NCBI GenBank assembly: GCA_965603825.1
Contig: CBFDEM010000002.1
Span: forward strand, 744,001-808,000
Direction of reading: 5' to 3'
DNA length: 64,000 nucleotides
Origin: Blepharisma stoltei ATCC 30299
Lineage: Eukaryota; Protista; Ciliophora
Of the stretch, positions 14,190-27,010 are shown piece after piece; the first letter of the stretch is position 1, and each line of letters begins with the position of its first letter. The position numbers were made by a program, and so were the translations under genes. The notes below the pieces were generated by a model. It was given only the letters and a program-made list of their open reading frames with translations. It was not told the DNA's origin and did no database searches.

Positions 14190-14639
14190 ATTAGTTTTTA
14201 AATAACGCACAGTAAATAAAAAGGCTTAAATTTAATAATTTTTTTAGGATCTTGATAAGGTCATAAGTGGATAACCACTGACAATCGCCTTGTCTTGGAC
14301 AAAAAATGCCAGTCTCCTCGAAATCAATTGCACCGGTCCACCTGTTCCATCAGGCGCCCCTTATTCTGCTAACACCGCAATTTTAACTCTGAGGATCTTC
14401 AAGGATTTTCTTGAACTTTATAAGAATTTCTTAAAAAATAATGCGAAAACCTATAATTTTGTTAGTAAAATATAAAAAATAAATTATATTTAAAAATATG
14501 TTTATATTATTATATGTAATATTTAGCATGATTTTACTTTAGGCATAAATAAATAATAAAGCTCAATTAATAAAAAATTTATTTTTATGCTAATTCTCTC
14601 GATCTTTATTTTTAACATTTAATAATTCCACATACCACC

Positions 14640-16248
14640 ATGGAAGACTGGGCGCCTTTCTACCAATTAATTACAGAAAACCGTTCAAAAGATATCGAAT
14701 CCTCTTTACTTAATTACCACGAATCCCTCCAATACATTTCTGATGCCAATGGCTTCACCTTAATCCATTCCTGCGTTATCCACGAAAAGGAAGCAATTCT
14801 CGACTGCTTAATAAAACACGTACCTTTCCACATAGGAAAAATCTCTCCCAGACGCTAACAATGCCTTAATTTTAAACTGAATAAATAAGCCTAACCGAGA
14901 TGGCTACACTCCTTACCATCTTGCCATCACAAAAGGAAATTTAGTAACCTAAAACTAGACCATGGTTAAGTATTTAACCTTATCTGGCGCAGACATAGAC
15001 ATAAAAACCCCTCTAGGCCTTGGCCCAGTCCATTTGGCAGCCCAAGGCGATTTTGCAGACCTAGTTGCATATTTTGCGGAAATTGGCATATCACTGATGG
15101 ACACAGACTCAAAACAGGCGACTCCTTTACATTTGGCAGCTTATATGGGAGCTTATTATTCTTCAGCTGTTTTGGTATCATTAAATGTCCCTTTTGATTC
15201 AAAGAATAGAGATGGGCATACTCCATTGCATTTAGCAGTTTTATCTGACAATGCTAGAATAGTGAGACTTTTGTTACTAAAAGGTGCGTCTAGGAGCATA
15301 AAAGATGCAAAAGGAAGGACTCCTTTGCATATTTCGAAGGAAAGTGGACTTATTGATATTGTTGATATGCTGAAACCTGAAGGGGTTTTAGCAAAATGTG
15401 GGTATAAGCCACTGTTAAGTCCTTATAAATATTCGGTGAGGCCGTTTATTATTTTGTGCACTTTGCTGCTGACAGTGTCGGTTTTGGCAATAGTTTTTTG
15501 TTCACAGTGTAAGGAATAGGTAGATCATACACTTGCGTGCTATAGCTTTGCGGCGAGTGCAATTTTTGTATTAATAATGCTTGTGATAGTGTCAAATATT
15601 AACCCTGGATATTTGTTTAAGCTTAAAGGGGATAAACTTTCAGTAACTTTTACTTAGAGACTGTATCAAGATCACAATTATAATGAAATTTGTCCTGATT
15701 GTATAATATTAAGGCCGCCAAGATCTAGACATTGCCACTATTGTGAGAGATGTGTGTCAAAATTCGACCATCATTGCCAATGGGTAAATAATTGTATTGG
15801 CTCAAGGTAAATTTTATATAGAAATCTTGGCTGGTTTTATGGATTTATATGGTCGTTGTGAATTTCTGACTTTTTATTGCTGTATATATGCAGTCATGCT
15901 TTTGTGTTTGGAAGTAAACAGGGAGGTGAGATTGAAAAGTTGCCTTATTTTGAGTCAGATTTTATAGCGGGGCTACTTGGAGCTCTTGGACTTTTAGGAA
16001 TTTTTCCTATTAGTTATTTAGTTGTAATTCAAACAAAAAATTTTTGTATTAATAAAACTACAAGCGAGCAGTTTTCTAAAGGTGCCTCCAAAGATAAAAC
16101 AAATGAAAATAAAAATTGCTGGCTATCTAATTTCTATTTAATGTGTTGCAATGAAGGAGAAGGAAGCTATAAGCATGGAGCGAAATCTTTTTCAAGCACA
16201 AATTCCAAAGCAAGTGACTATCAAATGATGTTTGAAGAATCGACATAA
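14640..16248 (+). CDS. Ankyrin-repeat DHHC palmitoyltransferase (AKR1/ZDHHC17-like); introns 14820-14835, 14944-14958, 15509-15523, 15643-15657, 15807-15821
   Basis: Ankyrin TPLHLA repeats; spliced CPDC...[27 protein letters not shown]; removing five 15-16 nt GT-AG introns gives one frame. Confidence 0.92.
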
Positions 16249-16311
16249 ATTTATTAAATGCTAAAATTGTTTAATAACTAAAAAAACTTAGCCATTTATG
16301 AATACTTATAG

Positions 16312-18204
16312 TTAGGATCTTCTATTACGGGTCTGTAATTTCAATATAAAAAATGCAATCAGCCTGACACAAGTGCTTAAAACAATAAGTCCAACAATTC
16401 CTTGCCATTGCTGATCAGACCATCCTAAGTCTTCTAATGGGTCACATTCTGTATCACAATCTTTTTCCCAATCGGTATATTCATTAACAGTATATCCTTG
16501 AAAAACCCACTTAAAAGGCTAAATAAATCTTACAGTGATATAAGTAATCCATCTCCAACTGATAGGAATTGAGTTTATCTTTACATTTTCTCCTCCAAAT
16601 GCTTGCAAAGGAAATAAAACAATTGTACTAAAGGCATGAGCTGCTTCTACAGTCGAAAATAAAAACCCAGTGATATAGCCAAAGCCCATACCGCATTGTA
16701 GTGCCATGACATAAATGCAGTAAAATATCATAAATTTTGACCCATCATGGAGGTTTAACCCTAGGCTGAAATACACTATAACATTAGTAAGAATGGCAGC
16801 TACAAAGGTTCATGGCAAATCAATAATATTCTTAGATAAGAAATACGACCATGCTCCATAGAGCCCTTCATCATGTTCTTTTAAAAAGACTGCTCTTTCC
16901 ATATAATCTAAATAAATTTTACAGTTCATTATGACTGACCCATTTCCATTCATTATTGGCCAGATAGCAAGCATATAAAGGACTCCATTGATATTTTGTA
17001 TAGCTTTTTCTCCATTGCCTAAGTCATTGAAAATTAAAGCTATCAAAATTCCTATCAATAGAGACATCATAAGCCTTAGTTTTAGCGCAAATCTGTTCTT
17101 CGCTGAAGTCTTGACCGATCTTCTAAGTAGCTCAAAGAACTCAACCCAATAATTTGGATGATAACTTTCTATCTCATGCAGCTGAGTAAGTTCATATTTT
17201 GTCTCTGTGTCTTTCACATGGTTTTCTTTATAGCTTTCAACAAACAAGTCAAGCTTGCCTTGCTCCTCTTCAGTAATCTCGTGTCTATTTGTTATATGGA
17301 GTATTCTCATATAGTAATCGGCTGGATTTACTTGTTTTGGACATTTGTATCCGAGCTCTGCGAAATATTTTCTTGATTTATCGCATGGACCATGATAAAC
17401 TACGTTTCCTTCAGCAAGAAGCAGTAATTTATCAAATTTTTTAAAGACATTGGAACTTGGTTGGTGGATTGTGGAAATAATTGTTCTGCCTTTAGCGGCT
17501 TGCTTTAAAAGTAAATCGACTACAACTCCTGCATTATAACTGTCTAGACCCGAAGTCGGTTCGTCTAACATAATAATGCAAGGATCAGACATAAGCTCGA
17601 TTCCTATGCAAACCCTCTTTTTTTCTCCACCAGAAATTCCTTTGATCATTGTATTGCCAATCAGATTATCAGCAATTCTTGCAATGTTGAGGTCGTTCAG
17701 AATTTCCTCGACCTTTGCAAGTCTTTCATTATCTGTACCAGGGCGTCTTAGCTTAGCGTAAAACTCTAAGCAATCTCTTGGAGTCAAAACTGGGAGTAAA
17801 ACATCATCTTGGGTAACATAGGCTGCGTACTTACTTATATTGAATTCTTTGGCATCTTTACCATTCGCAAAAATAGACCCAGTCATTTCTGCTTTATTTC
17901 CGCTCCTTACTCTATTTGCCAAAATATTCAAAAGTGAAGTTTTGCCTGAGCCTGATGCACCCATAATAGCCAAAAACTCTCCAGGATTTGCATGTCCAGA
18001 AACACTTTTCAAGATATGCATTCTTTTACCCTCAGCAGACGCATAATAATTTACATCTTCCCACGAAAGCTGTACATAGCGATGAAGTTGATCATCAGCT
18101 TGCAAGTGAATTTTCTCATCTTTCCCATTAGTATGGCTCTCAGATGAGTAGTTTTCACTTGGGCTTTCTTCGCTTTCTTTTGGGGAAATTTTGTTAGCAA
18201 TCAT
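16312..18204 (-). CDS. ABCG (White-like) half transporter copy 1; introns 16519-16533, 16908-16922
   Basis: Walker A GASGSGKT, ISGGEKKR, LDEPTSGLD, TIHQPS, ABC2 TM domain; TGA at 16810 is TGG in copy 2. Confidence 0.92.
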
Positions 18205-18474
18205 TATATTTCATTTTAAGGGTTGTTGAGCTTTTGAGCTATTACGTCATAAATGTATAAACAGAAATTTTTTTAGTCTTATGCTTTTTTTTTTACAGGA
18301 ACTTAAGAGATTTTAATTTAATTTTATTATTTGTCTCCATTTATAAATTATTGACAATAAGATAAAATAATATGCGAAAGCGCATACTCGCTATTGTTTA
18401 TTTAAGAGAAAAACGCATGAATATTCAAATTAATTGTAAAGTTATTTTTAAAACTTTGAATTTAAAATTCATAT

Positions 18475-20367
18475 TTAAGATCTTTTATTCCGAGTTTGTA
18501 ATTTCAATATAAAATAAGCAATCAACCTGACACTAGTACTTAAGACAATAATTCCAATAATCCCTTGCCATTGTTGATCAGACCATCCTAAATCTCCTAA
18601 TGGATCACATTCTGTGTCACAATCTTTTTCCCAATCTGTGTATTCATTAACAGTAAATGCTTGAAAAACCCACTTAAAAGGCTAAATAAATGTTACAGTA
18701 ATATAAGTAATCCATCTCCAACTGATAGGAATTGAGTTTATTTTCACATTTTCTCCTCCAAATGCAGTTAATGGAAATAGAAGAACACTACTAAAGGCAT
18801 GAGCTGCTTCTACTGTGGTAAATAAGAACCCAGTTATATAGCCAAAACCCATCCCACATTGTAATGCCATAATATAAATACAATAAAAAATAATAAATTT
18901 TGACCCATCATGGAGATTTAACCCTAAGCTGAAATAAGCAATTACTCCAGTAAGGATCCCAGAAACCATGGTCCAAGGTATATCTATCATATTTTTAGAT
19001 AAAAAATATGACCAGTCCCCATATAAGCCTTCATCATGCTCTTTCAAAAAGACTGCTCTTTCCATATAATCTAAATAACTGTTACAATTCATAATAACTG
19101 ACCCATTCCCACTCATTACTGGCCATATAGAAAGCATATAAAGGACTCCATTGATATTTTGTATAGCTTTTTCACCATTGCCTAAGTCATTGAAAATTAA
19201 AGCTATCAAAATTCCTATCAAAAGAGCCATTAGAAGACGGAGTTTTAAGGAAAGCCGATTTTTGGCTGATGTCTTGGCTGATCTTTTGAGCAACTCAAAA
19301 AATTCGACCCAGCAGTTTGGACGATAAGTCCCTATTTCTTGTAGCTGAGAAAGCTCATATTTTGACTCGGCATCTTTTACGTAATTTTCCTTATAACTTT
19401 CAACAAACAAATCTAGCTTGTTTTGCTCCTCATCTGTAATTTCATGTCTATTTGTTATGTGGAGTATTCTCATATAGTAATCAGCTGGATTTACTTGTTT
19501 TGGACATTTATATCCAAGCTCTGCGAAATATTTTCTTGATTTGTCGCAGGGGCCATGATAAACTACGTTTCCTTCAGAAAGGAGCATTAGCTTATCAAAT
19601 TTTTTGAAAACATTGGAACTTGGCTGGTGGATTGTGGAAATAATTGTTCTGCCTTTAGCGGCTTGCTTTAATAGTAAATCGATAACAATTCCTGCATTAT
19701 AACTGTCTAGACCCGAAGTCGGTTCGTCTAGCATAATAATGCAAGGATCAGACATAAGCTCGATTCCTATGCAGACTCTCTTCTTTTCTCCACCAGAAAT
19801 CCCTTTGATTATTGCGTTACCTATCAAATTATCAGCAATTCCTGCAATATTGAGGTCGCTAAGAATTTTTTCTACCTTTGCATATCTTTCTTTATCTGTT
19901 CCAGGGCATCTTAGCTTAGCATAAAACATTAGGCAATCTCTTGGAGTCAATGCAGGCAGTAAAACATCGTCTTGGGTTACATAGGCTGCATACTTACTTA
20001 TATTGAATTCTCTTGCATCTTTACCATTTGCGGAGATTATTCCTGTCATTTCAGCTTTATTTCCACTTCTTACTCTATTTGCCAAGATGTTCAATAATGT
20101 AGTTTTTCCTGAGCCAGATGCACCCATAATAGCTAAAAACTCTCCAGGATTTGCATATCCAGAGACGCTTTTTAAGATATGCAGAGTTTTGCCTTTCGTG
20201 GTCGCATAATAATTAACATCATCCCATGAAAGCTGTACATAGCGATGAAGTTGGTCATCAGTTTGCAAGCAAATTTTCTCATATTTTTCACTATTTTGGC
20301 TCTCAGAAATGTAAAATTCTCTTGGGCTTCCTTCGCTTTCTTTGGGAGAAATAGTAATCTCTATCAT
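18475..20367 (-). CDS. ABCG half transporter copy 2; introns 18682-18696, 19071-19085
   Basis: Same motifs and same 1893-bp span as copy 1. Confidence 0.92.
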
Positions 20368-21956
20368 TATAAGCCATGCTTGGGAAGTGTTGAAATTAGT
20401 ATGTCATCAAAATATAAAAAAATATTTAGTTGTATATATTTTTAATCGAAAATTTATTGATTTTTATTTTATCATTGATATGACTTATTTACTAGAAAAT
20501 AATACTCCAGCATAATTGCAGCGTTTTGGAAAATGGTTTTTCATGCTGTCTGGATATTTATGAGATATTGAAATTTAACTTTAAAAAGCAAGGGTCACTG
20601 GGAAAGAAAAAGTTCCAGGCCGATTTATTACAGTAATTGCAGTATATTAATCAATCAGTAAATTTTCTCAAGAGCAAATTACATAGGAAGCTCTAATAAG
20701 TCGGCATATTTTATAAATTGAAAATGAATTATATATGCAGCTTCTTTCATAATTTAATCAGAATGTTAATCTAGATATATAAATTACTCTTAATTGAGCT
20801 TAATTGCATTACTTAAATAAAGATGAGACTGAGTTAGCAATTTCTGTTAAAGCTGCTATTATGCAATTTGTTTCATTTCTGTTTTTCATTTGTTTTTCAT
20901 TATTCAGCTCATATCTAGCCTTATTAATATCATACCCAATTTCATTCATAATGTTATAATCTGGGTTTACAGCTAAAAGTTTTCTTACTGCTTCGAATAT
21001 CTCTTCCTTTGCTGATTGAACTCTTCTATCGCAATCTTTACTCTCCAATATGTACTTGGATTCTTCTTCTGATAATTTCTTGGATTTTTGGTCGAGATTT
21101 CGTATTTCTCTTTCATTTCCATTGATACGTTTGTGATTTCTTTTTCTACTTTTATGGGCTTTTTCATATCATGAAAATGGGAAGTATAGTCGCAATTACA
21201 AACCTTGCATCTTGCATCCCTCATACAATCGCAACCAGTAAATATATTCGCGTTTGTATTTGTAGTATATTGTAGAGCACAATGTTCGTGACATAAGGTA
21301 TTGCACCTGGAACAAAGCGTATTATGGTAGGATGTTTCAACAGTTTCTGTCTGCCAAACTTTTCTTTTAATTGTATAGTTCATGTTCACTTTAGCTTCAG
21401 CATCCAATGATTCTCTCTCAATGCTTATTTCTGAAATTTTGTCTTGTATGGCTATTCAGTTTTTCAAGTTATTCTTTGCATAATTATAACCTTTTAATGC
21501 ATTATTAATTTCCTCTTTCATGATGCGGAAATCTCTTGTATCGACCTCACTATATTGTGAGAGATCTTTTATTAGCCCTTCAATTACATCCATTGACAAT
21601 TCCCATTTCAAATCCAACAATTTTTTTTCGGTTTTGGTCATTTGAGAAATATCTTCTAGCTTTACGTTGAAAGCACTATTATCCATCTTATAAGACTCTT
21701 TAATTATCAGTGGGATGCATGCTTTGTTAAATGTAGCAGTTTCAGCTGAATTTGTTAGTACAAGTGCGATATTTCCTCTTACTGATAGAGGTAGAGAATT
21801 TTTTAATCTTTCTAATGCATTTTTAACACTCACGTCAAGTTTAGCGGAGCTCCCATTTTGAACTATTATAATGGCATTTATTACTTTTGTCGTGCTAAAG
21901 GTATAGAGAATTTTCAAAATATTTATATTGTCTTGATCTGGCCCACTTGTATCACT

Positions 21957-24219
21957 TAATCCTGTCTAAAAATAATTAATTAACTATTCTTATAGTCCTT
22001 GATGGGGTCCCTTATTTTTGCAAGTAACCAGTAGCCAGTATTTAGTTTCAAGAGCCAGAAAATCTGACTCTTGAGAATCACCCTTATGGGCGAATTTTAA
22101 TAAGATGAAATATCTATCCTAGGTCTTCCTTCATGCTGCTGAGCCTTGCCCAATTCAGTCCGCCCTTGCCCTACGAACTTTGAAAAATTACACCAAGCAT
22201 AGCAATTTATTCCGGCTAGAGTCTGCTTCCCAATCGATTGGTCTCTTCCACTTAAGGTTCTTTGGCCGTTAAAGAGCTCTTAAAAATGTCAAGCCTGACT
22301 CCTAAAGAGGTTCACTAAAGTTACTCATAGAGATCTCCACCCAATGTGGCACCTATTCCGTAAGTGAGATCTCTCGAAGCAGTCCTTATTGCCAAGAGCT
22401 GGTCAATCCTTTGTAACTTGCTGAAGATATATTCCATTTTATGTACCGACCCCAAGGTCGGTTTTATGCCTAGGCTCTCCTCTGGGCCTGCCCAAAGTAC
22501 CTATCAAGCTTTGCTTGAATCAGCGGTTTTGGGTCGGTCTGCTCCTCAAGTTTCTCTACAGGTCTTTGTGCCAGCACCACTTCCTAGAACCTTAACCGCT
22601 CTGTCCGCCGGGAGGGCAATATCGCATCTTGCTTGACCATCTCCTCGAGAACTTCAAGGAACTCATATTTGTATAATGCGATATCCAATAGCCTAAAGCC
22701 CAGGAGTGGCGGGTGTATTTCATTTATATGCTCAGCGAGTTTCTGTCTCACGTCTCTGTACCGTGTGCACGCCTCGATTATATGGGCTTCGTCGTCAATT
22801 ACCCCACAAATGGTTGTTTGTCAGTCTCCGCATATGAATGTTAGCAGTTCAGGAGTTAAAGCCAACTCTGTACCTGTGTATTGCCCTAAGGATGTGTCAG
22901 CTCTCTGTATTTATGCGAATATATAACGGTCTTTTCATCTCCATATTGCCTTGCTGCAGATAGGCGCATAGCTTGGCTGCCTTCTTTTCCTCCGATATGA
23001 ACCCAAGTTGTTGGTATACTCTGTAGTCCTGATCTTGCTCTGGACCTCTGACCTCAATTGCTTGTCGTCGCTGCTCCTTTGATTGCAAAGGCAATCCTCA
23101 ATAGAATAGCCCCTTAGCTGATCCAAATACCTAATTTGCCAGTCAAGACTTTCTTCAACGTTAAGGAGCATTAGGGCTTTGGTAAGTCAGTTGTTGCTTC
23201 TTTGGCATCTCAGTCTAAAATTAAGGGTCCTTACTGCGATTCTCCCACATATGGATATCCATCTCAGCTCTATCAAAGCTGCCTCATTAGCTGTGCCATT
23301 TGGGGCTTCTAGGAGCCACCTGGCTATTCTTCTCTGGATCCTTTCCATGCGATCCCATTTGGACTTCGACATGCTTGGCATGTTTTCTGAGCCACATTCC
23401 TTTGCATAAACACTAACGGTAGTGAGGCAGGCTTTCAGGATAGTTGCCTTCCTTTCAATAGAAACATCTCTTAAGGAGGCAAGCATGTCAAACTGAGCCA
23501 TGCAGCTTGCCCTAGTCTTTGCAGTCGAGCTATTGAGTCCTCCAGTGCCATTCCTTCTTGTCTGGACGATGTAGCCGAGATATCTAAAGTTCTTACTTGT
23601 CTTAAGAGGCACTTCGTTAATAACCAGAGCCTGTCTCCTCGAAGAGTCAGGCATATGCATGGTTTCTGAATTGTTCGGGTTTATCGCCACTGAGAACTTC
23701 TCCGCTCATCCGTCACATATATCCAGCATTCTCTGTAGCTCCTGGCACGTCGGTGCTAATAAAGCAATGTCATGTGCGAATAATAGTTTCCTACCTTAGC
23801 CTGGTCAAGTGGCGTCTCCAACGTCACCCCAAACCCTGCGTCTTTAATGTCCTTGACAAGCTCGTTAGGAATAAAATTGAAGCATATCGGTGATGAACTA
23901 CCTCCCTGTCTGACACCCCTTACTTATCGAGATAGGCCGTGTATGCTCGCCATTGATGATGAATGCACTTGTTTCTGCGGTGTGCATGACCTTAAGCATA
24001 GCGACTGTCTCCAGGCTAATGCCCCTTGACAGCATAATATTTAGCAGGTCTGATCTTCTCACTGAGTCGAAGGCTTTCCTTAGGTCCAAGAAGGCGCAAT
24101 GTAGCTGCTTTCCATACTTCCTGTGTCAGTCTATTATGGTTTGGAGTTTGAAAAATCTACGGCCAGGTTGAAGGGTGTAAAACTTTCCAAATATTTCTTA
24201 GAATATCCCCATAATCCTG
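21957..24219 (-). mobile_element. Insert A: retroelement-derived, IES-like insertion bounded by TAATCCTG direct repeats (21957-21964, 24212-24219)
   Basis: Empty site present in the paralog at about 30886; ends shared with insert B; TTAATTAAT tail. Confidence 0.88.
22470..24156 (-). pseudogene. 5'-truncated, frameshifted non-LTR retrotransposon ORF (RT, thumb, degenerate CCHC zinc knuckle)
   Basis: FLDLRKAFDSV, KG-VRQG...SPICFN, LLFAHD (FADD variant, 23769-23780), W(TGA)AEKFSVAINP, FRYLG, ICG..DDEAHIIEAC..Y (about 22760-22812). Confidence 0.9.
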
Positions 24220-24709
24220 GAGTATCTATAAAAATATACTTGTAGTTGTCTTTCCTATTTAAAAATTCATAATATGAACAATTTTCAGTTTTACTCAAAT
24301 AGCTTTCTGTATTTCTTTCAGAATGATTAAATCCATTTTCTGTTACCAATTTGTAATTCTCTGTAGGTATAACTATTTTCTTATTCTCTAGAGTGCCATC
24401 TCTGAAGTAATTCGCTAAGTAATTGATGAAAGTTGATTTACCATGGCCTGTATGGCCAATCAAAACACAAACAAATGTTTTTTGTGTTTCTTGACACATT
24501 TTCGATTCTACATTTATCTTATGTGGACATTTTAATTGAATAAATGTGAATTGTAATTAATTTTTATAGAATCGTAAATTATGATTTTATATAGTGAAAT
24601 TTTTATTTTTAAATTTGTCTAGCAAAATATTAGGATTTTTACGCACATAAGCTTTATTTTTTATAGAAGATAAATAAAATTTCTTAAATACTGGAAAAAT
24701 CTAGCTAGA

Positions 24710-25653
24710 CTGAAGGGGTTTTAGCCAAATGTGGGCATAAGCCGCTGTTAAGTCCTTATAAATATTCGGTGAGGCTGTTTACTATTTTGTGCACTTCGCT
24801 GCTGACAGTGTCGATTTTGGCGATAGTTTTTTGTTCAGAGTGTAAGGAATAGTTAGATCATACACTTGCGTGCTATAGCTCTGCGGGGAGTGCTATTTTT
24901 ATATTAATAATGCTTTGGATAGTGTCAAATATTAACCCTGGATATTTGTTTAAGCTTAAAGGGGATAAACTTTCAGTCACTTTTATATTTAATTACAGCA
25001 AATAAATAATTAATAGCATTTTTACCATTAATAATTAGTAATTAGATGTATTTTCAATAATAGGTATACCTAGAACCTGTATCAAGATCACAATTATAAT
25101 GAAATTTGTCCTGATTATATAATATTAAGGCCGCCAAGATCTAGACATTACCACTATTGTGAGAGATGTGTGTCAAAATTCGACCATCATTGCCAATGGG
25201 TAAATAATTGTATTGGCTCAAGGTAAATTTTATATAGAAATCTTGGATGGTTTTATGGGTTTATATGGTCGTTGTGAATTTCTGACTTTTTATTGCTATA
25301 TATATGCAGTCATGCTTTTGTTTTTGGAAGTAAACAGGGAGATGAGATTGAAAAGTTACCTTATTTTGAGTCAAATTTTATAGCGGGGCTATTTGGGGCT
25401 CTTGGACTTTTAGGAATTTTTCCTATTAGTTATTTAGTGTTAACTCAAACAAAAAATTTTTGCGTTAATAAAACTACAAGCGAGCAGTTTTCTAACAGAT
25501 AAAACAAATAAAAATAAAAATTGCTGGTTATCAAATTTCTATTTAATGTGCTGCAATGAAGGAGAAGGAAGCTATAAGCATAGAGCAAAATCTTTTTCAA
25601 GTACAAATTCCAAAGCAAGTGTCTATCAAATGATGTTGGAAGAATCCACATAA
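24710..25653 (+). pseudogene. Duplicated 3' half of the DHHC palmitoyltransferase
   Basis: Near-copy of 15377-16248 without a 5' end; two Cys-to-Tyr changes in the DHHC-CRD, 3' indels and an 83-bp insert. Confidence 0.88.
24984..25068. other. 83-bp TA-bounded IES-like insertion inside a 15-nt intron
   Basis: Parent intron gtaactttTActtag versus gtcactttTA[tattt...ggta]TAcctag here; very AT-rich with TATA ends. Confidence 0.75.
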
Positions 25654-25715
25654 ATTTATTAAATGCTAAAATTGTTTAATAGCTTAAAAGCTTAGCTATT
25701 AATGAATACTTATAG

Positions 25716-27010
25716 TTAGGATCTTCTATTACGGGTCTGTAATTTCAATATAAAAAATGCAATCAGCCTGACACAAGTGCTTAAGACAATAATCCCAACA
25801 ATTCCTTGCCATTGTTGATCAGACCATCCTAAGTCTCCTATTAGGTCACAATCTGTATCACAATCTTTTTCCCAATCGGTATATTCATTGACAGTATATC
25901 CTTGAAAAACCCATTTAAAAGGCTAAATAAATGTTACAGTAATATAAGTAATCCATCTCCAACTGATAGGAATTGAGTTTATCTTTACATTTTCTCCTCC
26001 AAATGCTTGCAAAGGAAATAGAACAATTGTACTAAAGGCATGAGCTGCTTCTACAGTCGAAAATAAAAACCCAGTGATATAGCCAAAGCCCATGCCGCAT
26101 TGTAGTGCCATGACATAAATGCAGTTAGTAATCGGCTGGATTTATTTGTCTTGGACATTTATATCCGAACTCTGCGAAATATTTTCTTGATTTGTCGCAT
26201 AATAAACTACGTTTTCTTCAGAAAGGAGCAGTAATTTATCAAATTTTTAAAAGACATTGGAGCTTGGTATGGATTGTGGAAATAATTGTTTTAACTTTAG
26301 CGGCTTGCTTTAATAGTAAATCGATAACAATTCCTGCATTATAACTGTCTAGACCCGAAGTCGGTTCGTCTAGCATAATAATGCAAGGATCAGACATGAG
26401 TTCGATTCCTATTGAAACTCTCTTCTTTTTCTCCACCAAAAACTCCTTTGATTATTGCGTTACCTATCAGATTATCAGAAATCCCTGCAATGTTGAGGTC
26501 ATTAAGGATTTTTTCTACCTTTGCATGTCTTTCTTTATCTGTTCCAGGGCATCTTAGCTTAGCATAAAACATTAGGCAATCTCTTGGAGTCAATGCAGGC
26601 AGTAAAACATCATCTTGGGTTACATAGGCTGCGTACTTACTTGTATTAAATTCTTTGGCATCTTTACCATTTGCGGTGATTTTTCCTGTCATTTCTGCTT
26701 TATTTCCACGTTTTACTCGATTTCCCAAGATGTTCAATAATGTAGTTTTGCCTGAGCCAGATGCACCCATAATAGCCAAAAACTCTCCAGGATTTGCATA
26801 TCCAGAGATGCTTTTTAAGATATGCAGAGTTTTGCCTTTAGTGGACGCATAATAATTTACATCATCCCATGAAAGCTGTACATAGCGATGAAGTTGGTTA
26901 TCAGTTTGCAAGCAAATTTTCTCATATTTTTCACTATTTTGGCTCTCGGAAATGTAAAATTCTCTTGGGCTTTCTTCACTTTCTTTAGGAGAAATAGTAT
27001 TCTCTATCAT
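25716..27010 (-). pseudogene. Chimeric ABCG pseudogene (5' like copy 2, 3' like copy 1) with large internal deletion near 26125
   Basis: Deletion junction with agta microhomology; several small deletions and frameshifts. Confidence 0.88.

Larger units (their letters stand above)
20809..24499 (-). pseudogene. AIG1/septin-like P-loop GTPase with Cys/His-rich domain, copy A; interrupted at DTPGL by a 2.25-kb insert, plus a -1 frameshift near 21085
   Basis: GHTGHGKST, FIDTPGL|SDTSG split by the insert; C..C...CH..C...C..C.C....HFH; frameshift lies in an A-run and could be an assembly error. Confidence 0.75.

Noticed and set aside
14369-14376. CTAACACC as a telomerase RNA template (heterotrich CCCTAACA-type repeat)
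   Set aside because: Only one repeat length with no alignment region; no telomeric arrays in the window
21957-24219. Insert A as a group II intron, intein or prokaryotic RT system
   Set aside because: No GUGYG/AY ends, frameshifted ORF, and CCHC knuckle, TSD and tail indicate a eukaryotic non-LTR element
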